A program made the translations under genes and the position numbers. A stretch of 64,000 bases of DNA from an uncultured Chloroflexia bacterium (lineage in GTDB: Bacteria > Chloroflexota > Limnocylindria > Limnocylindrales > CSP1-4), in contig CAVVCZ010000005.1 in NCBI GenBank assembly GCA_963746845.1, forward strand, positions 288,001 through 352,000, given 5' to 3'. How positions within the stretch are numbered: the first letter of the stretch is position 1; the number at the start of each line of letters is the position of its first letter. Positions 41,605-51,123 of the stretch are shown here, in pieces. Under the pieces are notes generated by a model that did not search any database, was not told the DNA's origin, and worked only from the letters and a program-made list of their open reading frames with translations.

Positions 41605-42543
41605 ATGATCCACGACACCCCATCCATGGCGGGCCAGACCGTCCTGGTCACCGGCGGAACGGGTGGCATCGGCAAGGCGACGGCCAGCGGGCTGTCCGCC
41701 CTCGGCGCGCGTGTCGCGATCACGGGACGGAGTCTCGCGCGCGCGGAGGCCGCAGCCCGGGAGATCCGCGACGAGACCGACAATCCCGACGTGCGGGGGT
41801 TCGCCGCCGACCTGTCATCCCAGGCCGAGGTGAGGCGTCTCGCCGCCGAGGTTCTCGAGATCTACCCGCGGCTGGACGTCCTGGTCAACAACGTCGGTGG
41901 CTTCTGGGCGACGCGCCATGTGACCGCCGATGGACTCGAGCGGACCTTCGCCCTGAACCACCTCGCGGCCTTCCTGCTCACGGAGCTGGTGCTGGACCGG
42001 CTGAGGGCCAGCGCCCCGGCGCGGGTGGTCACAGTCTCGTCCGGTGCCCAGTCGCTCGGAACGATCGACTTCGACGACCTGCAGGGCGCGCGGAAGTACT
42101 CCGGTCAGACCGCCTACAACCAGTCGAAGCTGGCCAGCGTAATGTTCACCTACGAGCTGGCCCGCCGCCTGCACGGCACCGGCGTGACCGCGACCGTGCT
42201 GCATCCGGGCGTGGTCAGCACCGCGTTCGGTGCCGAGGACCCGTCGCGGATCTTCAAGCTCGTCGTCCCGTTCTACCGGCCGTTCATGAAGACACCGAAG
42301 GACGGCGCGGCGACGTCGATCTACCTTGCGTCGTCGCCGGACGTCGCCGGCGTCACCGGCAGGTACTTCGCGAAGTGCCGACCCGTGAGCTCCAACAAGG
42401 CGTCGTACGACACTGCCGCCGCGACTCGCCTGTGGAGGGTCAGTGCCGACCTGGTCGGGTTGACGCCTGCCACTGCCGAGGAGCATGGGGGCCGGGTTGA
42501 GCGGCGAGCCGGGTGGGATTCGAACCCACGACACAGGGATTAA
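41605..42543 (+). CDS. SDR oxidoreductase (retinol dehydrogenase-like)
   Basis: TGGTGGIG, NNVG, YNQSK, HPGVV; the C-terminus runs antisense into tRNA-Lys. Confidence 0.92.
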   Translation: MIHDTPSMAGQTVLVTGGTGGIGKATASGLSALGARVAITGRSLARAEAAAREIRDETDNPDVRGFAADLSSQAEVRRLAAEVLEIYPRLDVLVNNVGGFWATRHVTADGLERTFALNHLAAFLLTELVLDRLRASAPARVVTVSSGAQSLGTIDFDDLQGARKYSGQTAYNQSKLASVMFTYELARRLHGTGVTATVLHPGVVSTAFGAEDPSRIFKLVVPFYRPFMKTPKDGAATSIYLASSPDVAGVTGRYFAKCRPVSSNKASYDTAAATRLWRVSADLVGLTPATAEEHGGRVERRAGWDSNPRHRD

Positions 42544-42576
42544 AAGTCCCCTGCTCTGCCACTGAGCTACCGGCCC
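42505..42576 (-). tRNA. tRNA-Lys (TTT)
   Basis: GGGCCGGTAGCTCAGTGGCAGAGC-AGGGGACTTTTAATCCCT-...GGTTCGAATCC...CCGGCTC; CCA not encoded. Confidence 0.93.
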
Positions 42577-42853
42577 GTTCCGCAAGCGTACCGGACCACG
42601 TTGCGGGCGCTGGCGCCTCGATCTCGCCGCAACGCAACTCCTGGTTGCGTTGCGTAGTCGCGGTCGCGCCGAGACCCTCGAATCAGCCCGAAACGTCATC
42701 GGGGCTTGCGTTGCGGCCGGTTTCGCCCTCCGCGGAGCCGTGACGGGTGCGTAGTGCCACGGTGAGTTGCGTTTCGGACCGGGCGGCCTGGCAGAGGCCA
42801 GGATCCCGACCATACCTGTAGATTGACGCCGAAATCGGCTATTGTTCCTAGCC

Positions 42854-43279
42854 ATGGCTCGACAGGACACCAGCCTTCGCATCGGTCGCGCCGCCGAGAT
42901 GATGAGCGTGACGGTCGACACCGTCCGGCGCTGGTCGGACGACGGTCGGATCCGGTCCGTCCGGACCGACGGCGGCCAGCGCCTCATCCCGATCGACGAG
43001 GTCACCAGGGTGATCGGCGAGCGCCGGCGGACGACCGCCGACCGGACGATCGTCGCCCAGTCCGCCCGCAACCGGTTCGCCGGGATCGTGACCCGGATCG
43101 AGAAGGACCAGGTCGCCGCCGTCGTCGAGATCCTCGCGGGCCCGCATCGCCTCGTCAGCCTGATGACCGCGGAGGCCGTGGATGAGCTCGGCCTCCGGAT
43201 CGGCGACGAGGCGATCGGCGTCGTCAAGGCCACCAACGTGATCGTGGAGATCCCATCGAAGGGGGAGGCTCGTTCGTGA
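42854..43279 (+). CDS. MerR-type HTH + TOBE molybdate-responsive regulator
   Basis: LRIGRAA...TVRRW; QSARNRF, VVKATNV. Confidence 0.9.
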   Translation: MARQDTSLRIGRAAEMMSVTVDTVRRWSDDGRIRSVRTDGGQRLIPIDEVTRVIGERRRTTADRTIVAQSARNRFAGIVTRIEKDQVAAVVEILAGPHRLVSLMTAEAVDELGLRIGDEAIGVVKATNVIVEIPSKGEARS

Positions 43280-44148
43280 AGATCCTGGGTCGTCGTCTGA
43301 TCCTGGTCGTCCTCGCGCTGGCGTGGCTCGTGGCCGCGTGCAGCAGCGGTGCGACCCCGTCGCCGTCCGGCGCCGCGCCGAGCGTGGCCGCCCCGAGCGT
43401 CGCCGCCAGCGAGGCTGCCCCGTCGGTCGAGGCCGCTCCCCTGACGGTCCTCGGTGCGGCGTCGCTCAAGGGCGTCCTCGCGAAGCTCCAGACAGCCTGG
43501 GAAGCCGCCCATCCCGGCTCGACCCTGACGATCTCGACCGACTCGTCCGCCGCCCTCGAGACCCAGATCGAGCAGGGCTCGCCAGCCGACGTCTTCCTGT
43601 CGGCCGACACCGCGAACCCGAAGAAGCTCGTCGACAAGGGCCTCGCCGACGGTGCCGCGGTCAACTTCGCCGGCAACACCCTGACGGTCATCGTCCCGAC
43701 GACCAACCCGGCCGGGATCTCGACGCCGGCCGACCTCGCAAAGACCGGCGTAAAGGTCATCGCCGCGGGCGATGACGTGCCGATCACGAAGTACGCGAAT
43801 CAGGCCGTTGCCAACCTCGCCAAGCTCCCGGGCTATCCGGCGAACTTCGAGGCGGCCTACAAGATGAACATCGCCTCGAAGGACGAGAACGTCAAGGGCA
43901 TCGTGACGAAGGTCGAGCTGGCCGAGGGGGACGGCGGAATCGTCTACGTCACCGACGCGAAGGCCTCGACGAAGGTCACGCCAGTCACCATCCCGAACGA
44001 GGCGAACGTGCCGGCGACGTACGCGGGCGTCGTCGTCAAGGCGTCCGCGCACCCCGCGACCGCGCACGCCTTCCTCGACTGGGTCGCCGGTCCTGAGGGC
44101 CAGGCCATCCTGACGACCTTCGGGTTCATCGCCCCGCTGCCGGGCTGA
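43276..44148 (+). CDS. modA: Molybdate ABC substrate-binding lipoprotein
   Basis: AASL, SSAALETQIEQGSPADVFLSA, GIVYVTD. Confidence 0.93.
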   Translation: MKILGRRLILVVLALAWLVAACSSGATPSPSGAAPSVAAPSVAASEAAPSVEAAPLTVLGAASLKGVLAKLQTAWEAAHPGSTLTISTDSSAALETQIEQGSPADVFLSADTANPKKLVDKGLADGAAVNFAGNTLTVIVPTTNPAGISTPADLAKTGVKVIAAGDDVPITKYANQAVANLAKLPGYPANFEAAYKMNIASKDENVKGIVTKVELAEGDGGIVYVTDAKASTKVTPVTIPNEANVPATYAGVVVKASAHPATAHAFLDWVAGPEGQAILTTFGFIAPLPG

Positions 44149-44155
44149 TCTCCCG

Positions 44156-44938
44156 TTGACGCTCCTTCTCGCGGTCGGCGTCGGGCTCTTCCTGGGGCTG
44201 CCGGTCGCCCTGCTGGTCCTCCGCGCCCTGCTCGGAGGGTCGCTGCTCGTCTCGCTGACCGACCCGGCCGTCCTCGATGCGCTTCGGCTCTCGTTGATGA
44301 CGACGGCGATCAGCCTGGTCCTGACGATCGCGATCGCGACGCCGGTCGCTCATCTGCTCGCTCGTCGGCGGTTCCGTGGAGCGACCTTCGTCGAGGCGAT
44401 CGTCGACCTGCCGATCGTCCTGCCGCCGTCGGTTGCCGGGCTGGCTCTCCTGCTCGCGTTCGGCCGGCGCGGCGTCTTCGGGGATGCGCTCTACGCGTTC
44501 GGGATCTCGATCCCGTTCACGACGCTCGCCGTGATCATGGCCCAGATGTTCGTCTCGATGCCGTTCTTCATCCGGGCGGCGCGCGCGGGCTTCCTGGGTG
44601 TCGAGCGCGACTACGAAGACGCGGCGCGCGTCGATGGAGCCAGCGAGCGCCAGGTCGCCTGGTCCGTGACGGTGCCGCTCGCGAGCACGGCGCTGGCATC
44701 CGGGATCGTGATGACCTGGGCGCGAGCACTCGGAGAGTTCGGCGCGACAATCATGTTCGCGGGGAACGTGGCGGGACGGACCCAGACCCTGCCGCTCGTC
44801 GTGTATGGCGAGTTCCAGTCGGGCGACCTCGATGCGTCCATCGCCGCGGCGACGATCCTGGTGATCGCCGCGTTCGGCGTCCTCGTCGCCGTCCGGGGCC
44901 TTCGTTGGGGCCGGGCCCTGGACCTTCGTGCTGCCTGA
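44156..44938 (+). CDS. modB: Molybdate ABC permease
   Basis: LPIVLPPSVAG, ARALGEFGATIMFAGN, TQTLPL. Confidence 0.95.
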   Translation: MTLLLAVGVGLFLGLPVALLVLRALLGGSLLVSLTDPAVLDALRLSLMTTAISLVLTIAIATPVAHLLARRRFRGATFVEAIVDLPIVLPPSVAGLALLLAFGRRGVFGDALYAFGISIPFTTLAVIMAQMFVSMPFFIRAARAGFLGVERDYEDAARVDGASERQVAWSVTVPLASTALASGIVMTWARALGEFGATIMFAGNVAGRTQTLPLVVYGEFQSGDLDASIAAATILVIAAFGVLVAVRGLRWGRALDLRAA

Positions 44939-44966
44939 TCCGGAGCACCTGATAGGAGATCGACCG

Positions 44967-45179
44967 ATGAAGCTCAGCGCACGCAACCAGCTCCCCGCGA
45001 CCGTCAGGAAGGTCACCGAAGGCGCCGTCATGTCCGAGGTCGTCGTCGAGGTCGACGGCGGTCACGAGGTCGTCGCGGCGATCACCGCCGAGTCGGCCCG
45101 GAACCTCGGGCTCGCGGCCGGCAAGCGGGTCACCGTCGTGATCAAGTCGACCGAGGTGATGCTTGCCGTCGACGACTGA
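44967..45179 (+). CDS. Mop/TOBE molybdate-binding protein
   Basis: MKLSARNQL...AITAESA..LGL...IKSTEV. Confidence 0.93.
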   Translation: MKLSARNQLPATVRKVTEGAVMSEVVVEVDGGHEVVAAITAESARNLGLAAGKRVTVVIKSTEVMLAVDD

Positions 45180-45183
45180 CCCG

Positions 45184-45675
45184 ATGGAGCCCGTCTCGCT
45201 CCGGCCGATCGGCATCATCCGCACGCCCTTCACGGAGTCCGCCGGCATGCCGATCCAGGCGGTGGCCGCGATCGGGGTGGCGGGCCGGATCGAGCTGGAC
45301 CCGACGCTGGAGGCCGGCCTGGCCGACCTCGACGGGTTCAGCCACCTGATCCTGATCTACCACCTCGACCGGGTGACGGAGCCCCGCCTGACGGTGACGC
45401 CGTTCCTCGACGATCGGCCGCACGGGATCTTCGCGACGCGGGCGCCGGCGCGGCCGAACCCCATCGGGATCTCGACGGTCCGGCTCGTGGGGATCGAGGG
45501 CGTCACGATCCTGATCGAGGACGTCGACATGGTCGACGGGACGCCGCTCCTGGACCTGAAGCCGTACGTGCCGGCGTTCGACGACCGGGCCGACGCCCGG
45601 ACCGGCTGGCTCTCGGACCGCCTCGGGCCGCTCGCCGAGACGCGGGCCGACGAGCGGTTCACATCGTCCGGCTGA
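45184..45675 (+). CDS. tsaA: tRNA m6t6A37 methyltransferase TsaA/TrmO family
   Basis: PIGIIRTPF, GFSHLILIYH, GIFATRAPARPNPIG, DGTPLLDLKPY. Confidence 0.93.
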   Translation: MEPVSLRPIGIIRTPFTESAGMPIQAVAAIGVAGRIELDPTLEAGLADLDGFSHLILIYHLDRVTEPRLTVTPFLDDRPHGIFATRAPARPNPIGISTVRLVGIEGVTILIEDVDMVDGTPLLDLKPYVPAFDDRADARTGWLSDRLGPLAETRADERFTSSG

Positions 45676-45680
45676 TCCAT

Positions 45681-45732
45681 CCGTCCTGGCGATCCGCCCG
45701 TCCCGGCGATCCGCCCGTCCCGGCGATCCGCC
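45681..45732. repeat. 17-nt tandem repeat x3
   Basis: CCGTCC(T/C)GGCGATCCGC repeated three times. Confidence 0.8.
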
Positions 45733-45898
45733 GATTTCTCACTGGGTGAGCTCCGCGAGGAGTTCGGTGGTCCGAATGCCCACCGGGCGGGCATCCGGCG
45801 ACCTTTCGGGAGGAGGTGCCGGGATCGCACGCAGGACGCCGAGCCATCCCTGGTGGAAGGGCCGCGCGGTGCTCAGCCCGGGAGAATCCCGGGATCGG
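45731..45898. ncRNA. Candidate structured intergenic RNA
   Basis: Long closing stem (TTCTC-CTGGGTGAGC-CCGCG / CGCGG-GCTCA-CCCGG-GAGAA) enclosing several hairpins, between convergent genes. Confidence 0.35.
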
Positions 45899-45965
45899 AC
45901 GCCCGGCCGCGCGGAAGCTCGGCCGCGGGGACGCCTGGCCGGCACGGCCGGCACCGCGCCGAGCC

Positions 45966-46961
45966 TCAGGCCCGGTCGTAGACCTCGGGGTTGATCGGTG
46001 TCGGCAACCGTTCGCCGTGGATGCCGGCCAGGAGGTTGGCGGCGGCCATCTCGGCCATCTTTCCGCGGGTCGCGCGCGACGCGGAGGCGATGTGCGGCAC
46101 GATCAGGCAGTTCTCGAGCCCGACGAGCGGGTCGTCCATCGGGATCGGCTCGGGATCGGTCACGTCGAGCGCGGCCGCGAAGATCCGCCCGGTCCGCAAC
46201 GCATCGGCGAGCGCCGCGTGATCGATCACCGGGCCGCGAGACGTGTTCACGAGGACGGCGTTCGGCTTCATCCACGACAGCTTCTCGGCGTCGATCATGC
46301 CGCGCGTCTCGGGTGTCAGGTTCGTGTGGAGGCTCACGAAGTCGGACCGGGGCAGCATCTCCTCGAGCGGCATGAAGGTCGCCCCGAGCTCGGCCTCGAT
46401 CGTCGGGTCGACGCGCTGGATGTCCTGGTACAGGACCGCCATCCCGAACCCGCGTGCGCGGCGCGCCATCGCCTGCCCGATCCGTCCGAACCCGACGATC
46501 CCGATCGTCGCGCCGTGGACGTCCGGCCCGAGCAGCAGCAGCGGGCCCCACGTCTTCCAGTTGCCGGCCCGGACGTACCGGTCGCCCTCGGGCAGCCGGC
46601 GGGCGGCCGCCATCAGGAGCGCGAACGCGAGGTCCGCGGTCGTCTCGGTCAGGACGCCGGGCGTGTTGCCGGCCGGGATGCCGCGCGCCGTCACGGCCGG
46701 GACGTCGATGTTGTCGAAGCCGACCGCGTAGTTCGAGACGACCTTCAGGCCCGGCCCGGCGGCATCGAGGAACTCGTCGTCGACCCGATCGGTCAGGAGG
46801 GTCAGGACGCCGTCGCAGTCGCGGATCGCCTCGAGCAGCGTCGCGCGGGGCGGCGGCAGGTCGTCCTCCCAGACGCGGGCGTCGCAGGTGGCGAGGATCG
46901 GCCGGAGCCCATCCTCGGGGATGCGCCGGGCGACGAAGACGACCGGGCGGTCGACGGTCAT
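45966..46961 (-). CDS. D-glycerate dehydrogenase / glyoxylate reductase
   Basis: VGFDNID, TETTAD, GFGRIG, NTSRG, LDVT.PEP, PHIAS. Confidence 0.93.
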   Translation of the reverse strand: MTVDRPVVFVARRIPEDGLRPILATCDARVWEDDLPPPRATLLEAIRDCDGVLTLLTDRVDDEFLDAAGPGLKVVSNYAVGFDNIDVPAVTARGIPAGNTPGVLTETTADLAFALLMAAARRLPEGDRYVRAGNWKTWGPLLLLGPDVHGATIGIVGFGRIGQAMARRARGFGMAVLYQDIQRVDPTIEAELGATFMPLEEMLPRSDFVSLHTNLTPETRGMIDAEKLSWMKPNAVLVNTSRGPVIDHAALADALRTGRIFAAALDVTDPEPIPMDDPLVGLENCLIVPHIASASRATRGKMAEMAAANLLAGIHGERLPTPINPEVYDRA

Positions 46962-46972
46962 GCGACCCCCGG

Positions 46973-48178
46973 TCAGCGAGCCGAACCGGCGGCGACGGCG
47001 TCGGCCGGCAGCGCGTCCACGAAGGCCCGGATCCGATCCAGGGCCTTTGCCAGGTTCTCCCGGGAGGTGGCGTACGAGATCCGGACGTGCCCGATGCCGA
47101 TCCCGCCAAACGCGGTGCCCGAGAGGACACAGACGCCGGACTCCTGGAGGAGGCGGTCGGCCAGGACTCTGCCCGTCAGCCCGGTCCCCGAGATGTCGGG
47201 GAACACGTAGAACGCGCCCTTCGGGCTCAGGCACCGGATCCCGGGGATCGCGTTGAGCCCGTCGACGACGAGGTCGCGCCGGGCACGGAACTCCTCGACC
47301 ATCTCGGCCATGGGGCCCTGCGGGCCGCGGATCGCCTCGACCGCGCCGATCTGGGCGAACGTCGGGGCGCAGCTGATCGTGTTGATGACGAGCTGGCCGT
47401 ACGTCGGGATCAGCGACGGCGGCACGATCGCATAGCCGAGCCGCCAGCCGGTCATCGCGAACGTCTTGCTGAAGCCGTCGAGGACGATCGTCCGCTCCGC
47501 CATGCCCGGGAGCGAGGCAATCGAGACGTGCTCCTCGCCGTCGTACAGGATCCGGCCGTAGATCTCGTCGTCGAGGACGACCAGGTCGTGGCGGATCGCC
47601 AGCTCTGCGATCGCCTCGAGGTCCGCGCGGGTCAGGACGCCGCCAGTCGGGTTGGCGGGCGAGTTGATCACGAGCATCCGGGTGCGCGGCGTGACCAGCG
47701 AGGCGAGCTCGTCCAGATCGATCCGGAAGTCGTGCTCCATCCGGATCGGGACCGGGACCGGCGTGCCCCCGACGAACCGGGTGAGCGACTCGTAGATCGG
47801 GTAGCCGGGATCCGGAACGAGGACCTCGTCGCCCGGGTCCACGAGCCCGAGGATCGCGTAGAGCATCACGCCCTTGCCGCCGACCGTGACGAACACCCGG
47901 TCCGGCGTGACGGGGAAGCCCTTCCGGGCGGTCGCGTCCTCGGCGATCGCCGCGCGCAGCTCCGGGATGCCGGGGTACGGGGCGTAATGGGTCGCGCCGG
48001 CATCGAGCGCCCGCTTGGCCGCCTCGCGGATGTTGGCCGGCGTGTCGAAGTCGGGCTCGCCGATCTGGAGGTGGATGATGTCGCGGCCCTCCGCCTCGAG
48101 GGCGCGGGCGCGGGCGGAGACCTCGAACGCGGTCTCGGTCCCGATGTTGCTCATGCGGTGGGCGACGCGCATGACCAC
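46973..48178 (-). CDS. PLP-dependent class I aminotransferase (aspartate aminotransferase-like)
   Basis: [34 protein letters not shown]. Confidence 0.95.
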   Translation of the reverse strand: MVMRVAHRMSNIGTETAFEVSARARALEAEGRDIIHLQIGEPDFDTPANIREAAKRALDAGATHYAPYPGIPELRAAIAEDATARKGFPVTPDRVFVTVGGKGVMLYAILGLVDPGDEVLVPDPGYPIYESLTRFVGGTPVPVPIRMEHDFRIDLDELASLVTPRTRMLVINSPANPTGGVLTRADLEAIAELAIRHDLVVLDDEIYGRILYDGEEHVSIASLPGMAERTIVLDGFSKTFAMTGWRLGYAIVPPSLIPTYGQLVINTISCAPTFAQIGAVEAIRGPQGPMAEMVEEFRARRDLVVDGLNAIPGIRCLSPKGAFYVFPDISGTGLTGRVLADRLLQESGVCVLSGTAFGGIGIGHVRISYATSRENLAKALDRIRAFVDALPADAVAAGSAR

Positions 48179-48275
48179 TCCTCCTGATCCGTCCGCGCAG
48201 TCTAGCGCCGCGGTCGCCGAGCGGCGCCGGCCCTTCGCGACAGGCGATCCGCGCGTCAGCGGCTACCATGCGTCG

Positions 48276-48707
48276 GTGACTCGATTTTTCGACCTCGACG
48301 AGGCGAACGCGGCCATCCCCGAGGTCCGCACGATCCTCGAGTCGCTCCGCGACCAGCGCGCGGAGCTGATCCGCCTGCGTGACGAGGTGCTCGCCCACGG
48401 CGCGGCGGACGAGGCCCGCGGGGAGGCCCGCGGCGACGCCCCGGCCGAGGCCCGGACCGACGCCGACGTCCGGGTCCTGCGCCTGCGGATGCAGGGCGTC
48501 ATCGACCGGATGCAGGCCGGGGTCGTCCGGATCGACGAGATCGGCATCACGCTCCGCGAGATCGAGACCGGCCTGATCGACTTCCCGGCGCTGGCCAGCG
48601 GCCGTCAGATCTGGCTGTGCTGGAGGCTCGGCGAGGGCGACGTCGAGTGGTGGCACGAGCTGAGCGACGGGTTCCCCGGCCGTCGGGCCCTGGCCGAGCT
48701 GACGTGA
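48276..48707 (+). CDS. DUF2203 family protein
   Basis: FDLDEAN, GLIDFP, LCWRLGE..V.WWH...GF.GR. Confidence 0.88.
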   Translation: MTRFFDLDEANAAIPEVRTILESLRDQRAELIRLRDEVLAHGAADEARGEARGDAPAEARTDADVRVLRLRMQGVIDRMQAGVVRIDEIGITLREIETGLIDFPALASGRQIWLCWRLGEGDVEWWHELSDGFPGRRALAELT

Positions 48708-49183
48708 TCGAGGGCGGCCGGCCGGCCGGCGTCAAGGCGGCGTCGCCGGACCGACCGCGGACGGTCCTCCAGGGTGGCCGCGCCAAGGCCTATCGACCGT
48801 TGCCGGAGCCCGATCGACGGGCGGCCTACGACGAGGCACTCGCAGCGTACGAGCGCGGCGACTTCTTCGAGGCGCACGAGCTCCTCGAGCCGGCCTGGAT
48901 GGGATCCGACGACCTCGCCGAGCGGGAGCTCCACCAGGGCCTGATCAAGCTGGCCGCGGGGTTCGTGCACGGCGTCCGGGGCAACCCGCTCGGGATCGCC
49001 AAGAACCTCCGGGGTGCCCGAGACCATCTCGCCGGCGCCGTCGGGACCGATGCGGAGGCCTGGTCCGGACTGGATCTCGAGGCGCTGATCGCCGCGATCG
49101 ACGAGCGGCTCGCCCGTCTGGCCGCCGACCCGACCGATGCCTCGATCGATCCGCCGCCGCTGCCGAGGAGGGAGACAGGATGA
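48704..49183 (+). CDS. DUF309 family protein
   Basis: [23 protein letters not shown]. Confidence 0.88.
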   Translation: MIEGGRPAGVKAASPDRPRTVLQGGRAKAYRPLPEPDRRAAYDEALAAYERGDFFEAHELLEPAWMGSDDLAERELHQGLIKLAAGFVHGVRGNPLGIAKNLRGARDHLAGAVGTDAEAWSGLDLEALIAAIDERLARLAADPTDASIDPPPLPRRETG

Positions 49184-49569
49184 ATCCGTCCGGGGTGCCG
49201 TCGATCCAGCCCCGCGATGCCGCGATCGCGGTCGGCGTCGCCGGTGACGCCGCGGCCGCCGGCGACCCGTCGGCCCCCCTGATCGTCGACGTTCGCGAGC
49301 TCGACGAGTTCGTGGCGGACCGGATCGCCGGCGTCGCGCTGGTGCCGGTGTCCCAGCTCCTGACCCGCTTCGAGGAGCTGCCGCGTGACCGGCCGCTCCT
49401 GATGGTGTGCCGGTCCGGCAGCCGGTCCGCCGCCGCGACCCAGTTCCTCCTCCAGCGGGGCTGGACGGACGTGCGGAACATCGACGGCGGGATGCTCGCG
49501 TGGCAGCGCAACGGGCTGCCGGTGCGAACGGGTCCGCCCGGCCCGGATGAGGGTTCCCTCCCCCGCTGA
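49180..49569 (+). CDS. Rhodanese-like domain protein
   Basis: VDVRE, CRSGSRS, GGMLAW. Confidence 0.9.
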   Translation: MNPSGVPSIQPRDAAIAVGVAGDAAAAGDPSAPLIVDVRELDEFVADRIAGVALVPVSQLLTRFEELPRDRPLLMVCRSGSRSAAATQFLLQRGWTDVRNIDGGMLAWQRNGLPVRTGPPGPDEGSLPR

Positions 49570-49585
49570 CTGCCCGGAGCGGAGA

Positions 49586-51052
49586 TCAGGCCCGGGCCTT
49601 GAGCGCCTTCTCGCGCCGGCGCCGGTCGCGCCACTCCCGGATCTGCGTCTTGTGGGCGAATGCCCAGCCGATCGCGATGAAGATCGCGAAGTTGATGATC
49701 CCGACCGTGTTCGCCGCGAGGTAGCCGAGCTGCTGGCCGATCTCGCCGTTGATCGTCAGCGCCGGCACGGTCGCTCCGAACAGGCCCAGCTGGAAGAACG
49801 GCGCCGCGGGCGCGATGTTCGCCCGGATGCTCCCCGTCTGCACCCCGGCGGTGGTCGTGCCGCCGACGATGACCGCGTTCGGGCCGAGGATCAGCGGCGC
49901 GCCGCCGGCGTTGCCCTCGGGCGGCAGGTCGCTGACCACGAGGCGCTTCCACTCCGGGATGTCGCCGCCCGTCGTGGGGACGCCCCAGTACAGCGTGGAC
50001 TGCGGCGTCTTGCCGTCGCTGCCGCCGACGGCGTACAGGTTTCCGTTCGCCGCGAAGCCGTTGATGTTCGTGCGCGGCGCCGGGAGGTTGCCGGGGCCGG
50101 ACCGGACCCCGAACTGGACGAGGGTCGTCGCGCTCGTGCCCGTCCCGAACTCACCACGCTGCACGGTCCCGGTCGGCGTGCCGTCGGCCATCGTGCCGCC
50201 GTAGACCCAGACGTAGCTGCCCACGAGCGCGGCCGAGGCGTCGGTCACGGGCGTGTAGAGCTTGGCCGGCTGGACAGCCCACTTGCCGGGGGCGCCGGTC
50301 TTGTCGAACGTGGCCTTCCAGACCGTGTTGGTCGGTCCCGTCCCGTTCGTCCCGCCGACCAGGAACAGCCCGTCCGTCCCCGACAGGAGGACGGCACCGG
50401 CCCGCGGCTCCGGCAGGCCCAGGTCGAGCTTGGCGTCCTGGGCCGTCTGCCAGGTGCCGAGCTCACCGGTCGTCGCGTTCGGCGTGAGGACGAACACCGT
50501 GTTGGTCGGCTTGCCGTCCGCCCCAAACCCGCCGACGACGTAGATCTTGCCGCCCGAGTAGACGATGCCCGCATCCGACCGCGCGGCCGGCAGCTTCGGG
50601 CCGTCTGCGCTCCACTTGTCGAAGTTCCCGGCGCCCGAGACCTTCGACACGAACGTCGTGTCGACCGCGGTCTTCCCGTCGGACCCGCCGATGTACAGCA
50701 GGGTCGTGCCGGACTGGACGACCGCGCCGTCCGTCCGCGGCGCGGGCAGGGCGATCTCGGGCGGCGACGGAGCCCACGGCACGACGGCCCCGACCGGCGC
50801 CGGGCACGGCAGCGACTGGTTCCCCTCGGGGCAGAAGTTGACCGGGCTCCACGCGAGGATGCCGAGGTCGATCGTCTTGTTGACGGTGAAGTAGTAGGCG
50901 CGGTCGGGGATGTACCCGAGCATGAAGATCAGGAGGATGAACCAGGCGAACGCCTTGAGCGAGGCCCAGATCCAGCCGCTCGCGTCGAGCAGGCCGAACA
51001 GGGCCCGTCCGCGCGTCTGCGTCGTCCCCGGGTTCAGGGCCTGCTGCGCCAT
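49586..51052 (-). CDS. Membrane-anchored Kelch-repeat (beta-propeller) protein
   Basis: Six GG-type repeats (LLYIGG, IYVVGG, LFLVGG, VWVYGG, LYAVGG, VIVGG) between N- and C-terminal TM helices. Confidence 0.85.
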   Translation of the reverse strand: MAQQALNPGTTQTRGRALFGLLDASGWIWASLKAFAWFILLIFMLGYIPDRAYYFTVNKTIDLGILAWSPVNFCPEGNQSLPCPAPVGAVVPWAPSPPEIALPAPRTDGAVVQSGTTLLYIGGSDGKTAVDTTFVSKVSGAGNFDKWSADGPKLPAARSDAGIVYSGGKIYVVGGFGADGKPTNTVFVLTPNATTGELGTWQTAQDAKLDLGLPEPRAGAVLLSGTDGLFLVGGTNGTGPTNTVWKATFDKTGAPGKWAVQPAKLYTPVTDASAALVGSYVWVYGGTMADGTPTGTVQRGEFGTGTSATTLVQFGVRSGPGNLPAPRTNINGFAANGNLYAVGGSDGKTPQSTLYWGVPTTGGDIPEWKRLVVSDLPPEGNAGGAPLILGPNAVIVGGTTTAGVQTGSIRANIAPAAPFFQLGLFGATVPALTINGEIGQQLGYLAANTVGIINFAIFIAIGWAFAHKTQIREWRDRRRREKALKARA

Positions 51053-51123
51053 CGTCCTCCCATCCATCCGGGCGCCCCTGCGCCCGGCTCGATTGCCGGC
51101 TCCCCGGCCGTGCTGCGTGACTG

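Noticed and set aside
45681-45732. Tandem repeats as a CRISPR array
   Set aside because: 17-nt units abut with no spacers; no cas genes
45790-45840. HDV-like ribozyme (ACCTCCTC core on the minus strand)
   Set aside because: L3 too long, P1 weak, and the P1.1 GG and J4/2 catalytic segment were not found
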